From positions 1 through 64,000 of IMG/VR virus record IMGVR_UViG_3300044675_001894: a stretch of 64,000 nt of DNA. One strand, written 5' to 3'. Made by a program: the position numbers and the translations under genes. Source of the DNA: a virus. Shown one piece after another: positions 1-9,677 of the stretch. Positions within the stretch are counted from its first letter, which is position 1. The number at the start of each line of letters is the position of its first letter. The notes under the pieces were generated by a model. That model ran no database searches. It saw only the letters and a program-made list of their open reading frames with translations, and was not told the DNA's origin.

Positions 1-523
1 CGCCAGCAGGCGCACCAGAAGCCACACGGCTTAGTGAGGACGAAGCAAATGCTCGCTTATCTACAACCAACTCTGTGGTGTAGGTGGTATTAAAAGTATT
101 CTTTACATAGACGGCATACAGCGGAATTTGTGTGTCAGCCAGCGTTGGGAACACTGGGTTAGTTGCACTAGATGTTCCCTGTACTACGTCAAACTGGAAA
201 GTACCACTGTTGTTGTATGCAACGATAATGTCAAAGCGGGTGTCGCTACTAATTGGAGCGGCAGCAACAACGACAGTTGATCCTGTAATAGATCCGTATG
301 TGTTACCAATACGGACCTCTACAGTACCGAGAGTTACGTTGAGGTAGGCAGGCGTTGCGTTACCAGCGGCACTAGCCACTGCAGTAATGTTTGCTCCACT
401 GATTACACCATGTCGGTGATCACCAATACTTGAAAAGTCAAGAGAGTCTGGCTCTGACTGATCTAATGAGGCAATATTCCCAAGTCCAAAATCGGTTGCG
501 TTAGGGACTGTAAAGCCTGCCAT
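1..523 (-). CDS. Virion structural protein, partial (runs off left edge)
   Basis: Not in ORF track. Translated manually from ATG at 523: MAGFTVPNATDFGLGNIASLDQSEPDSLDF...TRFDIIVAY..., open to the edge; follows the capsid gene. Confidence 0.7.
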   Translation of the reverse strand, partial: MAGFTVPNATDFGLGNIASLDQSEPDSLDFSSIGDHRHGVISGANITAVASAAGNATPAYLNVTLGTVEVRIGNTYGSITGSTVVVAAAPISSDTRFDIIVAYNNSGTFQFDVVQGTSSATNPVFPTLADTQIPLYAVYVKNTFNTTYTTELVVDKRAFASSSLSRVASGAPAG

Positions 524-531
524 TTGTTACC

Positions 532-771
532 TCACAAGGTGTCGTAGATGTTTCCGCTTTTCTTCAAATAATTGTAGAGGTCACGTGGAAGCGTGTAGCG
601 GGTACCATCTTCAAAATTAAAAACTAATTGTCCCCAGAACATCGTCCACGTACCCTTAACACGGGCAGAGACTTGGTCACTGGATACTTCAAGCGGTTGT
701 ACTTCTACAACGACTTCTTCTGATTCTGTATCAACAGCCTCAGCAAACTGACTGACTTTTTTGGTTGCCAT
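532..771 (-). CDS. Small hypothetical protein downstream of capsid gene
   Basis: 79 aa ORF with GGAG RBS, co-oriented with head genes. Confidence 0.7.
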   Translation of the reverse strand: MATKKVSQFAEAVDTESEEVVVEVQPLEVSSDQVSARVKGTWTMFWGQLVFNFEDGTRYTLPRDLYNYLKKSGNIYDTL

Positions 772-804
772 GATTACTCCTGTTTGTTTAAGTTAACTAT
801 GAAT

Positions 805-830
805 AAAGGGGCGGGTTTTACCCCGCCCCT
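805..830 (-). terminator. Putative intrinsic terminator after major capsid gene
   Basis: 9-bp GC stem AGGGGCGGG/CCCGCCCCT, short T run on minus strand. Confidence 0.5.
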
Positions 831-853
831 TAACTCTACTTCATTTTGCCTAA

Positions 854-1930
854 TTAGGCAGAGGCGATAGCGCCACCCTTGGTGTTGATCAACACTCGGG
901 ATTCGTGCGTGATTACGCCGAAGCCCCAGATTGCGTACCAAGCGAGACCATGCTCACGACCGAAGTCAATTACGCCACCGTCACGGAGTTCAACTGGCAA
1001 GGCGATTGCCTGACCAAATGCGTTGTCACCGATCATCATTGCGCTGTACGAGGTTGCGCTTGGGTCGTTGATTGAACCACCTGGGGTTACGTCAACGATT
1101 CCAGTGCCACCCTGAAGTACTTGAGTGGTTTCAATGAACACTACGTCGTAGATACGACCGATTTCACCGAGCATGAAGTTTCCTGGAGCGGCATACTTCG
1201 TGACTTCAATGAATTCAGGCCAGTCACGGAGCGAGCGGCTCTGCGATGGGTGAACGAAGCACACGTATGTGTCGCCAAGGCGTGGGATGTTCTGACCAGC
1301 AAGGATTTCAACTGCGTCCTTGATAGTTGCAGGCGAGAGGTAACCAGGAGCCGATGCTGAACCAGCGCTTGAGTACTCGTAAGGAGCGATTGAGCCACGG
1401 GTTGAGCCGTTGGTCGTACGACCGAAGACTACCGATGGAGCAACTGCTGAACCGCCGCCGAATGGAACGCCTGCCGAGTACAGCGTGTTGCGTGCCTGAA
1501 CGTCCATGGACTGTGCCATGTGACGACCGAGCAAGCGGCTGGACGAAGCCATAACGTCATCAAACGATGCGTTCAAGAGAAGTTCGGTTACTGCAACCGA
1601 CTTACCTTGTTCTTTAACGGTGATTTGAATCTGCGATGCAGTCAACGCCGTAGGTTCCATGCGGGTACCTTCGGTAAGTTCTGAACCACTTGCGCCAACC
1701 GAAAGGTTGTTGTAACGCATGAAGTTGACGGTGAGTCCTGGCATTACACCAAGTTCCGTCTTCTTTACTGCGAACTGTTCAAAACGTAGGACTGGCATTG
1801 CCTGGAACAAGATTTCCTTGGACCAGATTTGCTGAATTGCTGGGGAGAGTGCGGTTGCCGAGCCGTAGCCGTTTGGACTAATGCTTGCGGAACTGGTTAC
1901 TACTCCACCTGTTGGGGCTGGAAAAGCCAT
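854..1930 (-). CDS. Major capsid protein (N4 gp56-like family)
   Basis: 358 aa; motifs WSKEILFQAMP, LTEG, YVCFVHP, GEIGRIYDVVFIET, DFGREHGLAWY; follows scaffold and portal. Confidence 0.9.
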   Translation of the reverse strand: MAFPAPTGGVVTSSASISPNGYGSATALSPAIQQIWSKEILFQAMPVLRFEQFAVKKTELGVMPGLTVNFMRYNNLSVGASGSELTEGTRMEPTALTASQIQITVKEQGKSVAVTELLLNASFDDVMASSSRLLGRHMAQSMDVQARNTLYSAGVPFGGGSAVAPSVVFGRTTNGSTRGSIAPYEYSSAGSASAPGYLSPATIKDAVEILAGQNIPRLGDTYVCFVHPSQSRSLRDWPEFIEVTKYAAPGNFMLGEIGRIYDVVFIETTQVLQGGTGIVDVTPGGSINDPSATSYSAMMIGDNAFGQAIALPVELRDGGVIDFGREHGLAWYAIWGFGVITHESRVLINTKGGAIASA

Positions 1931-1968
1931 GTTCTAATCCTCCTAGGATTAAGTGTTGATATTAGGTT

Positions 1969-2766
1969 TTAGAACCGACCCCTATTGGGGCGGGCATTAA
2001 GTAGCCGATCTCGCATTTTTGCATACTGGTCCATTGTCATGTTACGGATGTCATCCGCATTCAACGTTTGGTATTCCGTCTGAGTTTCCATTGGCCCTAC
2101 AGGAGGCGCCGTTACTGGTGCCCCCCTCAAACGACCTTGCTGTTGCGCAGTCGCTTGTTGGATTGATTCCATAATAGCATTACTTCGGTCACGAAGTACA
2201 CTAATTGATGTTTCAATCTCATCTTCCGTATTACCCGATACGAGATCAATCAATTCAGGGATGATTTCTTCCTGAGTTTCCTGAAGTCGGCGGTTACGGT
2301 AAGAACTGAGTTCCTGAAGACGGCGCTCTTTTTCAATGATTGCCTCTTGGGCTTGGCGCTGTCCTTCAATCTCCTCAAAACGACGCTTGTATTCACCGTC
2401 AATTTCCTGGAGTTTTACGTTGAACTCTTCTTCACGCTTAAGGAGTAGTTCCTTGGCGCTTAATTCGTCAACTTCTCGCTGGCGCAAGATGTCGGATTCT
2501 TTAGCCGCACGTGCTTCAGCCTCTTTTTTAGCGGCTTCACGTTCGGCGGAGATTACGCTCATCTGCTCTTCCATGCTCTTTACACGGGTATCCGCTTCTT
2601 CAAGACGCTTATACATCTTGTCTTTTTCTTGCTTGCGGATGCTTTCAACTTCATCTTCGGTAAATACCTTGGATGTTTTCATTGCCGACTCTACGAACTG
2701 TTCCACCATTGGGGCGTCCGCAGGTACGCTGATAATGTCCCCTTCGGGACTGGTATTTCTTGCCAT
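1969..2766 (-). CDS. Capsid scaffolding protein
   Basis: E/K/R-rich coiled coil, C-terminal MTMDQYAKMRDRLL, located between portal and capsid. Confidence 0.8.
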   Translation of the reverse strand: MARNTSPEGDIISVPADAPMVEQFVESAMKTSKVFTEDEVESIRKQEKDKMYKRLEEADTRVKSMEEQMSVISAEREAAKKEAEARAAKESDILRQREVDELSAKELLLKREEEFNVKLQEIDGEYKRRFEEIEGQRQAQEAIIEKERRLQELSSYRNRRLQETQEEIIPELIDLVSGNTEDEIETSISVLRDRSNAIMESIQQATAQQQGRLRGAPVTAPPVGPMETQTEYQTLNADDIRNMTMDQYAKMRDRLLNARPNRGRF

Positions 2767-2815
2767 GTCTGTTCCTTAATGTGTTGTTTGGCGAATAATA
2801 ACTGTTTTTTTAAAC

Positions 2816-4504
2816 TTAATTGTCTTCGTCTGGGTTACGGCGCTGGGCGAACCTTGCTCCGTATGCCCGTGAAACTATCTTGTTTACTAACTCTTCTTCA
2901 ATCGGTGGAACCCCTGGTAAAGGACCATTGCCACCGTCTGACGAAGTTACATTACCATCTCCAGGTGAGGTGGGTGCGGGAGCCGCTCCACCGTCTGGAG
3001 TCGCAACCATTCCAGTAGCCAACATAATGGCTTGCTGAATTTGGGCACGCATCATGTCAAGAGATCCCTGATCCAGGGCGTCTTCTTGAAGTTCTTCAAA
3101 GATTTCAAGCATCTTTTCGTTCGGGAATTCCTCACCAAGTAGACGTAGAGCGCCACGCTTGGACTCAAGACCAAGAGCCATCTTGGCTTGTACTTCATTG
3201 AGTTTGATGAGTTGATCAACAGGCAATGGTTCAGGCCAGTGAACTGTTGTTTTATAAGTCACAGGGTCACCAGGATTTAACTGCGGTAACTGGTCTGTCT
3301 CAGGTTCAGCAGCAAGCAATGGGTTGTAGGTCAACCACTCAGGTTGGAAGATAGCAACAGTACGAATGATCAATTCGTTTACACGCTCAAGACCCTTTGT
3401 AAAGTGGATCTTTTTCATCATGAAACGGTTCATCATTGGCTGGTATTGAATAGCCAAAGCAACACCTGAGGTGTTAGACACTGGCTGGAATTGACCCAAC
3501 GCAGTTTCAGGAACACCTGTCATTTCGTGCATGGTGCGCTTAATAAATGCGATGTACTCCAAAGCGCCAGCCATCTCACCACGAGATTCAAGGTTGAATA
3601 CGTTTGCGTCTTTAGGAAGACCTGCCCAAACCTTCTTAGGACCACGCTCAAGTTGTGAAGCCTTAGCACCAGTGATGATCGTTACAGGAGCGGCGTGGTA
3701 GTTAATGATGTCTGAGACTTCAACCATCTTCTCGTTGAGTTCACGGTTGAGAGGGATGATGTCCCAAATGTCTGACTGACCCCAAGGTGACGACGAGATA
3801 GTGGAGTTAGGAATGTGGACAATAGGGATCGTTCCCAAAACGTTGTCGTACTGGTCAATAAGTTCATCGTTAATAAACTGTTGAACTGTTTCATCAGTGA
3901 GGATCTCAGTAAATGTATAAACCTGACGAGTACCTTCTGGTGATGTTCCCCAGAAACGATACTTAAGTTTGAATCTAATGATTCTGTCACGGTCGTGTGG
4001 GTGATACTCAGGGAAGCAATGCGCTGGGTTCAAAGGAATGATGCGGACACGACCCTCATGCGGGATTCCAGCAGGATCAACAAATGGCTCTTCAAAAGCA
4101 ACTTTGACAAAGGCGTCACCAGTTACAGAAGCAAGTTGACCTAGTTCCCAAAGAACGTAATGCTTGTTGTTGTCTTGATCCCAAACTCTATGAAGTAGGT
4201 GCGGGATAATCGCACCGTTCTGCTCAGGGACTTTAAATTGAACGCCCTTACCAAAACAAAAGTTGGTGATGTAATCCGACATGGTGCGGACATAGTTCAT
4301 GTAGAACTGTGACTCACCCATCTCACGGCGGTATGACCAGTGGTGACCTAGGTACCAAGCCCAAGCGGCGCCGTACCTGTTTAGGCGAGGTCCATGGACT
4401 TCAAACTCTTCGTCTGCGAGTTCAACTAACCCAAGCGGGGATATAGCAACTGTTAGGTCGCTTGAAGATGCTCTATATGATGGCGACCAAAAATCAACTG
4501 CCAT
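2816..4504 (-). CDS. Portal protein (SPP1 gp6-like)
   Basis: 562 aa; motifs IPIVHIPN, WGQSDI, SGVALAIQYQP; head-module position. Confidence 0.9.
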   Translation of the reverse strand: MAVDFWSPSYRASSSDLTVAISPLGLVELADEEFEVHGPRLNRYGAAWAWYLGHHWSYRREMGESQFYMNYVRTMSDYITNFCFGKGVQFKVPEQNGAIIPHLLHRVWDQDNNKHYVLWELGQLASVTGDAFVKVAFEEPFVDPAGIPHEGRVRIIPLNPAHCFPEYHPHDRDRIIRFKLKYRFWGTSPEGTRQVYTFTEILTDETVQQFINDELIDQYDNVLGTIPIVHIPNSTISSSPWGQSDIWDIIPLNRELNEKMVEVSDIINYHAAPVTIITGAKASQLERGPKKVWAGLPKDANVFNLESRGEMAGALEYIAFIKRTMHEMTGVPETALGQFQPVSNTSGVALAIQYQPMMNRFMMKKIHFTKGLERVNELIIRTVAIFQPEWLTYNPLLAAEPETDQLPQLNPGDPVTYKTTVHWPEPLPVDQLIKLNEVQAKMALGLESKRGALRLLGEEFPNEKMLEIFEELQEDALDQGSLDMMRAQIQQAIMLATGMVATPDGGAAPAPTSPGDGNVTSSDGGNGPLPGVPPIEEELVNKIVSRAYGARFAQRRNPDEDN

Positions 4505-4605
4505 TAGGACATGTGCCCCTATTCAAATTTGTAGGTGTATAAATTGTAGCCTGAGATAACAATAGCGTGTTGTGAGTCGGTGTGGGAGGAGGTATCGTGG
4601 ACGCC

Positions 4606-4776
4606 ATGGGAACTGGAGTATGGGAAAACATAGAACGTTTAGTCAAATCACCAACATGCGTGGTATGTGGTGAAGAGACAAACCTGGGCGGAAAAGGAAA
4701 GTATGAATTGTGCAAAAAACACAATTCGTGGATGACTTACTTTTTCTTACGGTTTAACAACTCTTCAGAAGCGTAA
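4606..4776 (+). CDS. Small Cys/His protein antisense to head operon (probably leaderless)
   Basis: CVVC...LCKKH; TATCGT -10-like hexamer 7 nt before ATG 4606. Confidence 0.4.
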   Translation: MGTGVWENIERLVKSPTCVVCGEETNLGGKGKYELCKKHNSWMTYFFLRFNNSSEA

Positions 4777-5321
4777 ACTCCAGCCATTTCTTCTCGGCTA
4801 GGTATAATCTTCACGGTCTTTTCTGCTTGAGAAACCGCTGGTTTCATTGGGTCCTTTGCAGTCCCAGTTGACCAATCATTACCTGAATGTAGGTGTTCTG
4901 GGATATCAACGCTTCCAGCGTACCCACCTGTCTCATTGACCTCACCAATTGCTTGCTGACGGTTACGAGCGCCTTTTGTGTAGGCGGTCATAAACCCTTC
5001 ATCTGTGCGTGGAAGTGCCTCTGAGACGTCCTGAGTGCCTTCTCCTTCGGCAGGTACCCACCCGCCGTGGTACATGTCAGCACCCTTAAGAAGACCCTTA
5101 AACTTTCGTTGGTAACGGCTAATTGCACGAGACTGAACAGGGGCTGTAATGGTTTCTTCTACCCGTTCTTTAGGTAGTGCAACCATGTACGAGTCTTTAG
5201 CCTTTGCTCCAGCGTTCGCACCATAGGCGACTCTGGACCAGCCTGAACTACCGTCTTGGGCAATCTCTGTGTTTACTTCTTTAGCAAGTGTAGAGACTTC
5301 TCGCTTGGGCATTTTTGCCAT
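4737..5321 (-). CDS. Hypothetical protein
   Basis: 194 aa ORF, start overlaps upstream stop. Confidence 0.65.
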   Translation of the reverse strand: MAKMPKREVSTLAKEVNTEIAQDGSSGWSRVAYGANAGAKAKDSYMVALPKERVEETITAPVQSRAISRYQRKFKGLLKGADMYHGGWVPAEGEGTQDVSEALPRTDEGFMTAYTKGARNRQQAIGEVNETGGYAGSVDIPEHLHSGNDWSTGTAKDPMKPAVSQAEKTVKIIPSREEMAGVYASEELLNRKKK

Positions 5322-5587
5322 TACTTTTTAGCGGCGGCTTTCTTAGCAGGAGCCTTCTTGACAGGTACGTTTGTCATAGCGGCGGCTACTTCTTTAGCGG
5401 CTGGGAGGCGACCAAAAGCACCATCGTTAGGGTTGATTGCTCGCAAGGCTACTGGAGCAAGAGCCGCCAATAGTGAGTAAGCAAGTGTCTGTGGGTCAGT
5501 TACACCCGACATGTAGAGAGCAAGACCAGCACCGAGTACTGAACGTCCGTACGATGCGAGCATGCTTTTTAGTTGTTCTGTGTTCAT
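5321..5587 (-). CDS. Putative holin
   Basis: Two hydrophobic segments, RAINPNDGAFG motif, basic K/A-rich tail. Confidence 0.6.
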   Translation of the reverse strand: MNTEQLKSMLASYGRSVLGAGLALYMSGVTDPQTLAYSLLAALAPVALRAINPNDGAFGRLPAAKEVAAAMTNVPVKKAPAKKAAAKK

Positions 5588-5614
5588 AACACTCCTTGAA
5601 TAGGTTTAGATTGA

Positions 5615-6247
5615 TTATACCGTTTTACGGGTTCTGGTGCTTTCTTGTCCTTGAACATACGTTTGGTATGGGGGACCTGTATACGGGTCAAACCTAGCCG
5701 CAATATTAAGAGCCTTAAGGGCACTCGTTTTAGCCTGCTGGGCTGTCCACTTCTTTTTGTTCATCATGACCTGTAGAGCACCTAGGGCGTAATGCGCCCC
5801 AGACCCTATGGCGTAGATACCACTGGATTCTGAGCACCATGCGTAGTCGCCATCAACCATGTAGATAACGCCATTGACTACCACAATGATGCTGGATCCT
5901 TGTTCTGCAATGTGCTGTTTGTTTTCATTGAGGTCTGGAATTGAATAACCCTGTGCATCAAAGCACTCACGCAATGAAGGAATGAACTTGGCAGTAAAGA
6001 ACTGATCAAGTTTCTTTCCCTTTAGATTTGGAGGTACTGCTGGGGGCTGGAATACATGGTGCAAGATATTGATTGCACGCACATCTCCAGCCGCTCCTAG
6101 CAAGTATTTACCATTAGTAGACACCTTGCTTGAACCTTCACGAAGCGTTCCAGTTTGAGCAAGACCGTCAGCAAACATAGTTGAGATACGTGAGTCAACA
6201 CATACCACAGCAAAGCCGTCACCTTGAATGCCAACGATTGTTGTCAT
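5615..6247 (-). CDS. Proteasome beta-subunit/HslV-like Ntn threonine protease
   Basis: N-terminal M-TTIVG, DSR, K, AGD, AIGSG..YALGAL, D..TG: Ntn-hydrolase signature. Confidence 0.85.
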   Translation of the reverse strand: MTTIVGIQGDGFAVVCVDSRISTMFADGLAQTGTLREGSSKVSTNGKYLLGAAGDVRAINILHHVFQPPAVPPNLKGKKLDQFFTAKFIPSLRECFDAQGYSIPDLNENKQHIAEQGSSIIVVVNGVIYMVDGDYAWCSESSGIYAIGSGAHYALGALQVMMNKKKWTAQQAKTSALKALNIAARFDPYTGPPYQTYVQGQESTRTRKTV

Positions 6248-7401
6248 TAGTCTGCTTGGTATTCTTTACCTTGGTACATTCCCCATCCGTTGTAGATAGG
6301 AATGACGTCGTAAGAGAAACGATGTTGGTTGTCATCTTCGTAACGAACTATTCCTAAACCTTGTTGCCAGTTTTCGTGACGAGTCAACGGGCGTCCGTCA
6401 AGATCTACGCCTCCACGTGTGGACGGAATCGCTCCGTCAATACGGGCAAGGCAACCAGGAGAAGCAGCCATGATGGTGCGTGGACCATCAAAGTCTTCAC
6501 GTGTTTTAAACGCCGTTTCAATGCGGTGAATATGCCCATAGATAACACTCGTCTTCTCTTGGTTGAGATAGATGTGCGCAGTTGAACCTGACGACTTCAC
6601 ACGATCGCCGTGGATGATTCGGAGTTTCTCATTGACCCAGTAATCAGATGCTGGGTATCCTGGCTTGTAAACAACATTGAAATCGTCCATACGACAAAGG
6701 TATGGAACACTCAAAACAGGCCATGATTCTGGGGTGTTTCCCTTGCGCAAACCATAAGCGGCTGATGCATTTACCAAGAGGTACTTAGGCATACGCTCTT
6801 CGTGGTTACCAGCAAGCCAAACGATTTCTGCATCAGGAGCCGCAGAACGCACCTGTGCACAGAACACTGTTGCACGATCAATTGATGCTTGTGTTGTTTG
6901 TGCATACGCAGGGTATGTCAAGTACTTACCCATCTCAGGGAAGTCAAGGTTGTCACCAACACAAATAACAGCATCAGGATTTAATTCTTCAATGATCTTG
7001 AGTGCAACACTAAGTGCCTTCTCATCATGAGTTGGTTCTAGTGTTCCATCACGTCCACGGTAGTAACCAATTTGAATGTCAGGAACAACAACACATGTTT
7101 TGAATGTTGATGCTTTCTTTACCTTTGCTTTAGGCGTTGGCATTTTGATTGCAGGACCTTGTTTAACAACAGGCCACTCTGGACCAGTTTCCCACTTAGG
7201 AGAAAACTGAATAGCGGCGAGGTCATGGATATGCGCCTCACCTTCTGAGTCCTTTGACATTGCTTGGTACAACTTGACACGCTTGATGTCACCAATTTCA
7301 TTGATGTCAATGTTCTTGCTTTCAAGCATTTCAACTAACTTGCCAAGCAACTTACTCTTGTCTTGTGGTGCGGTTGTTAACGCTTTTGCTAGTTCACTCA
7401 T
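6247..7401 (-). CDS. Calcineurin-like metallophosphoesterase
   Basis: PDIQ, GDNLD, GNHE, HGD, GHIH motifs; start moved to MSELAK (7401) after an AAGGAG RBS. Confidence 0.85.
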   Translation of the reverse strand: MSELAKALTTAPQDKSKLLGKLVEMLESKNIDINEIGDIKRVKLYQAMSKDSEGEAHIHDLAAIQFSPKWETGPEWPVVKQGPAIKMPTPKAKVKKASTFKTCVVVPDIQIGYYRGRDGTLEPTHDEKALSVALKIIEELNPDAVICVGDNLDFPEMGKYLTYPAYAQTTQASIDRATVFCAQVRSAAPDAEIVWLAGNHEERMPKYLLVNASAAYGLRKGNTPESWPVLSVPYLCRMDDFNVVYKPGYPASDYWVNEKLRIIHGDRVKSSGSTAHIYLNQEKTSVIYGHIHRIETAFKTREDFDGPRTIMAASPGCLARIDGAIPSTRGGVDLDGRPLTRHENWQQGLGIVRYEDDNQHRFSYDVIPIYNGWGMYQGKEYQAD

Positions 7402-7697
7402 TGTGCATCTCCTTGGTAACAGCAACACTCTTTGTTGACGTGTCGCTGGATTGTGCTTATACTCACGTTGTAACCATGTTGACGCATAACTTTAGTAAGC
7501 CATGATGCGCTGTATGATTTGCTTTTACCTAAACCGTTGTCCTCACGAATGAGTTCAATTGCACGGTTTATTGCTTCTTGTTCGTCAGCAGACATTTTGT
7601 CTACTGTTCTGGTGAACTTGCATGCGTCTGCCGAAAGATTAGTTCGGGGAGAAAGCAGGGCGTCCAGCAGTGTTATTTTCTGCTCTTGTTGTTTCAC
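7398..7697 (-). CDS. Small HTH-like protein
   Basis: SASWLTKVMRQHGYNVSISTIQRH resembles an HTH; coupled to phosphoesterase gene. Confidence 0.55.
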   Translation of the reverse strand: MKQQEQKITLLDALLSPRTNLSADACKFTRTVDKMSADEQEAINRAIELIREDNGLGKSKSYSASWLTKVMRQHGYNVSISTIQRHVNKECCCYQGDAQ

Positions 7698-7771
7698 AAA
7701 TACCTAACCTTTTCCAATTCAGAATTACGGTCAGGAATATCCTAGCACCCAATTCATGGGTGTGTCATGTA

Positions 7772-8008
7772 TCACTTCTTAGCGTCTAGGTGCCAATCAA
7801 TGTGGTTCTCAAGACGTTCGGATACTGCTTCTACTTTGTCTCCGACGCTGTCAACACTGCGTCTTACACTCTTTAAATGAAGCATGACCATTCCGTGGTC
7901 ATTGCGGTTCTCTCTACGGAGTTCTTTTAGTTGTTTAATTCCTGCGCCAACAACTCCAGCAACAGTGGTAATAAGGGTGGCGATAATAAGCGCCCATGCA
8001 TCGGTCAT
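7772..8008 (-). CDS. Small membrane protein (TM plus coiled coil; possible lysis accessory)
   Basis: N-terminal hydrophobic helix; C-terminal RLENHIDWH. Confidence 0.6.
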   Translation of the reverse strand: MTDAWALIIATLITTVAGVVGAGIKQLKELRRENRNDHGMVMLHLKSVRRSVDSVGDKVEAVSERLENHIDWHLDAKK

Positions 8009-8010
8009 AG

Positions 8011-8769
8011 TTAATCAACTATTCCCCTCTGTCGGCGCCAGTTTACCCAACCTACAGCCTGTGCTTGGCTTGGGAGCATCCCTAAGTTACCAGCGGCATT
8101 ACGATGCGCTTCAGAAAATGTGTTGTATCTAGTAGGAGTCTGTAGCCCACGGTCAGCACTCCCAAGTACACGACCAACAGTAATATCGTGAGCATGACGA
8201 TCAACTGTCACGGCTTCAGGGTCATCTGGGTTAACAATGTTTTTAAAGAAGTTCCCTGTTTTCCTGTCCATTGGTAAATATTGTTCTGGCTGTGCGGAAC
8301 CCTCAAGGACTGAACGAGCCTGTGATACCTGCCGCCCAGTTACAAAACCACCACTAGCGGTTCCAGTATCCCTTAATTGGCGTGCCATACGCTGGTTGTC
8401 ATTCCAACCAACCTGCGAACTTAGGATTGCAATAGCGCCAGCCCCACGGCGTACATCGCCTTTTCCAATTTCAGTTGCAAAATCATGGGCACGCTTATAC
8501 CAGTCCATACCAGATTTAACATCTTCTGGACTAGCCGTTTTTACGGCGTGGGTGACGTTATGAACCATGCGATTAAATTGGCTTGGATGTAACTTATCCA
8601 TACGAGCACCCAATGCATTAGTAGGGTCCCAAGCACCAATGTTCTTACTTCCCTCTTTTGGAAGTACTCGTTTATAACCATGTGCTACAGGATCAAAGCC
8701 ACGACCAGTAGGAAGGCTTAGTTCTCCACTGTTTTCTGGTACATACAAATCGCCAGTATCCTTAGCCAT
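8011..8769 (-). CDS. Helical DNA-glycosylase-like protein (DUF7178-like)
   Basis: GMDWY, AILSSQVGW..N, KTGNF..NI, VTVDRHA, QAQAVGW motifs; family recalled, not searched. Confidence 0.6.
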   Translation of the reverse strand: MAKDTGDLYVPENSGELSLPTGRGFDPVAHGYKRVLPKEGSKNIGAWDPTNALGARMDKLHPSQFNRMVHNVTHAVKTASPEDVKSGMDWYKRAHDFATEIGKGDVRRGAGAIAILSSQVGWNDNQRMARQLRDTGTASGGFVTGRQVSQARSVLEGSAQPEQYLPMDRKTGNFFKNIVNPDDPEAVTVDRHAHDITVGRVLGSADRGLQTPTRYNTFSEAHRNAAGNLGMLPSQAQAVGWVNWRRQRGIVD

Positions 8770-9227
8770 CAGATGCCATCCTTATTTTCAGGGTTAGCCT
8801 CTGCGTACGCACGGGTACCTTGTGCACGTCGTCGCATTGGGTCTTGTGGGCGGTGGTTCATACGAACACCTGTAGAAGTTTTATTTAAACCAGATCGCAT
8901 AGGCTTAAACAGATCAAGCGCATCTTGATAACCAACACCAAGTCCTGACATGTTGCGCTTCATGTCAATACCACCCCTAGGTCCTGGGGTTTTTCCAATT
9001 AGTGGATTGCGGTCGCTTGTACCGTAATCAGGGCGTCGGTACTGTTGATGGGTGTCGTGGAATTGTTGTTTACGGGATTTCATTGCCCCCGTAAAGAATC
9101 CTGCCCCAGCATAAACTTGACCAATCGCTATCCCAGATTGGGTATTAGTAGGGGGAGTCGTTGGACTCCCCCCACTTTCAACAGCGCTGTCAGTTGTGCT
9201 GGCGCCTGCATCGGCGCCGCCTTCCAT
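8769..9227 (-). CDS. Hypothetical, predicted disordered protein
   Basis: 152 aa, G/R/P-rich, coupled to neighbours. Confidence 0.6.
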   Translation of the reverse strand: MEGGADAGASTTDSAVESGGSPTTPPTNTQSGIAIGQVYAGAGFFTGAMKSRKQQFHDTHQQYRRPDYGTSDRNPLIGKTPGPRGGIDMKRNMSGLGVGYQDALDLFKPMRSGLNKTSTGVRMNHRPQDPMRRRAQGTRAYAEANPENKDGI

Positions 9228-9229
9228 AA

Positions 9230-9631
9230 CTAGTCGTTAACGACTGTTGGATTCATGCGGTTCATTTTACCGCCGCTGTTTTGCTCGTACTCAAATGCTG
9301 GCATACCGTCGCCTGACATTGAACCTTGAACGAATTCTGAAAGAACCGCAGGTGCTTCAATCCATGAAGCCGAACCTACGTGAGCACGCTCACGCATTGT
9401 CTCTTCAGGGTACTTGTAGAACATTTCTGGGTTGTTGTGGTTCTGACGACCAGGAGCCGACGATGGGTCAGCATATGCACCACGAGCAAAGTCGTTAGGT
9501 ACATCTGTGTCAGTTGCTACGCCTTCTTCAAAGCGAAGTGGTCCACGGTTGCCTGGGATACTTGGCGCCATTGAACGCTCAAAAACGTTCGGTGAGCGCT
9601 CTGGGAATTGTGGTGCTGGTGCTACGTTCAC
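9230..9631 (-). CDS. Hypothetical protein downstream of terminase
   Basis: 133 aa, GGAGG RBS, GTG start. Confidence 0.7.
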   Translation of the reverse strand: MNVAPAPQFPERSPNVFERSMAPSIPGNRGPLRFEEGVATDTDVPNDFARGAYADPSSAPGRQNHNNPEMFYKYPEETMRERAHVGSASWIEAPAVLSEFVQGSMSGDGMPAFEYEQNSGGKMNRMNPTVVND

Positions 9632-9677
9632 GTAAGCCTCCGTAATAGGGGTTTTTTAACTTGTTACTAGAGTACCA

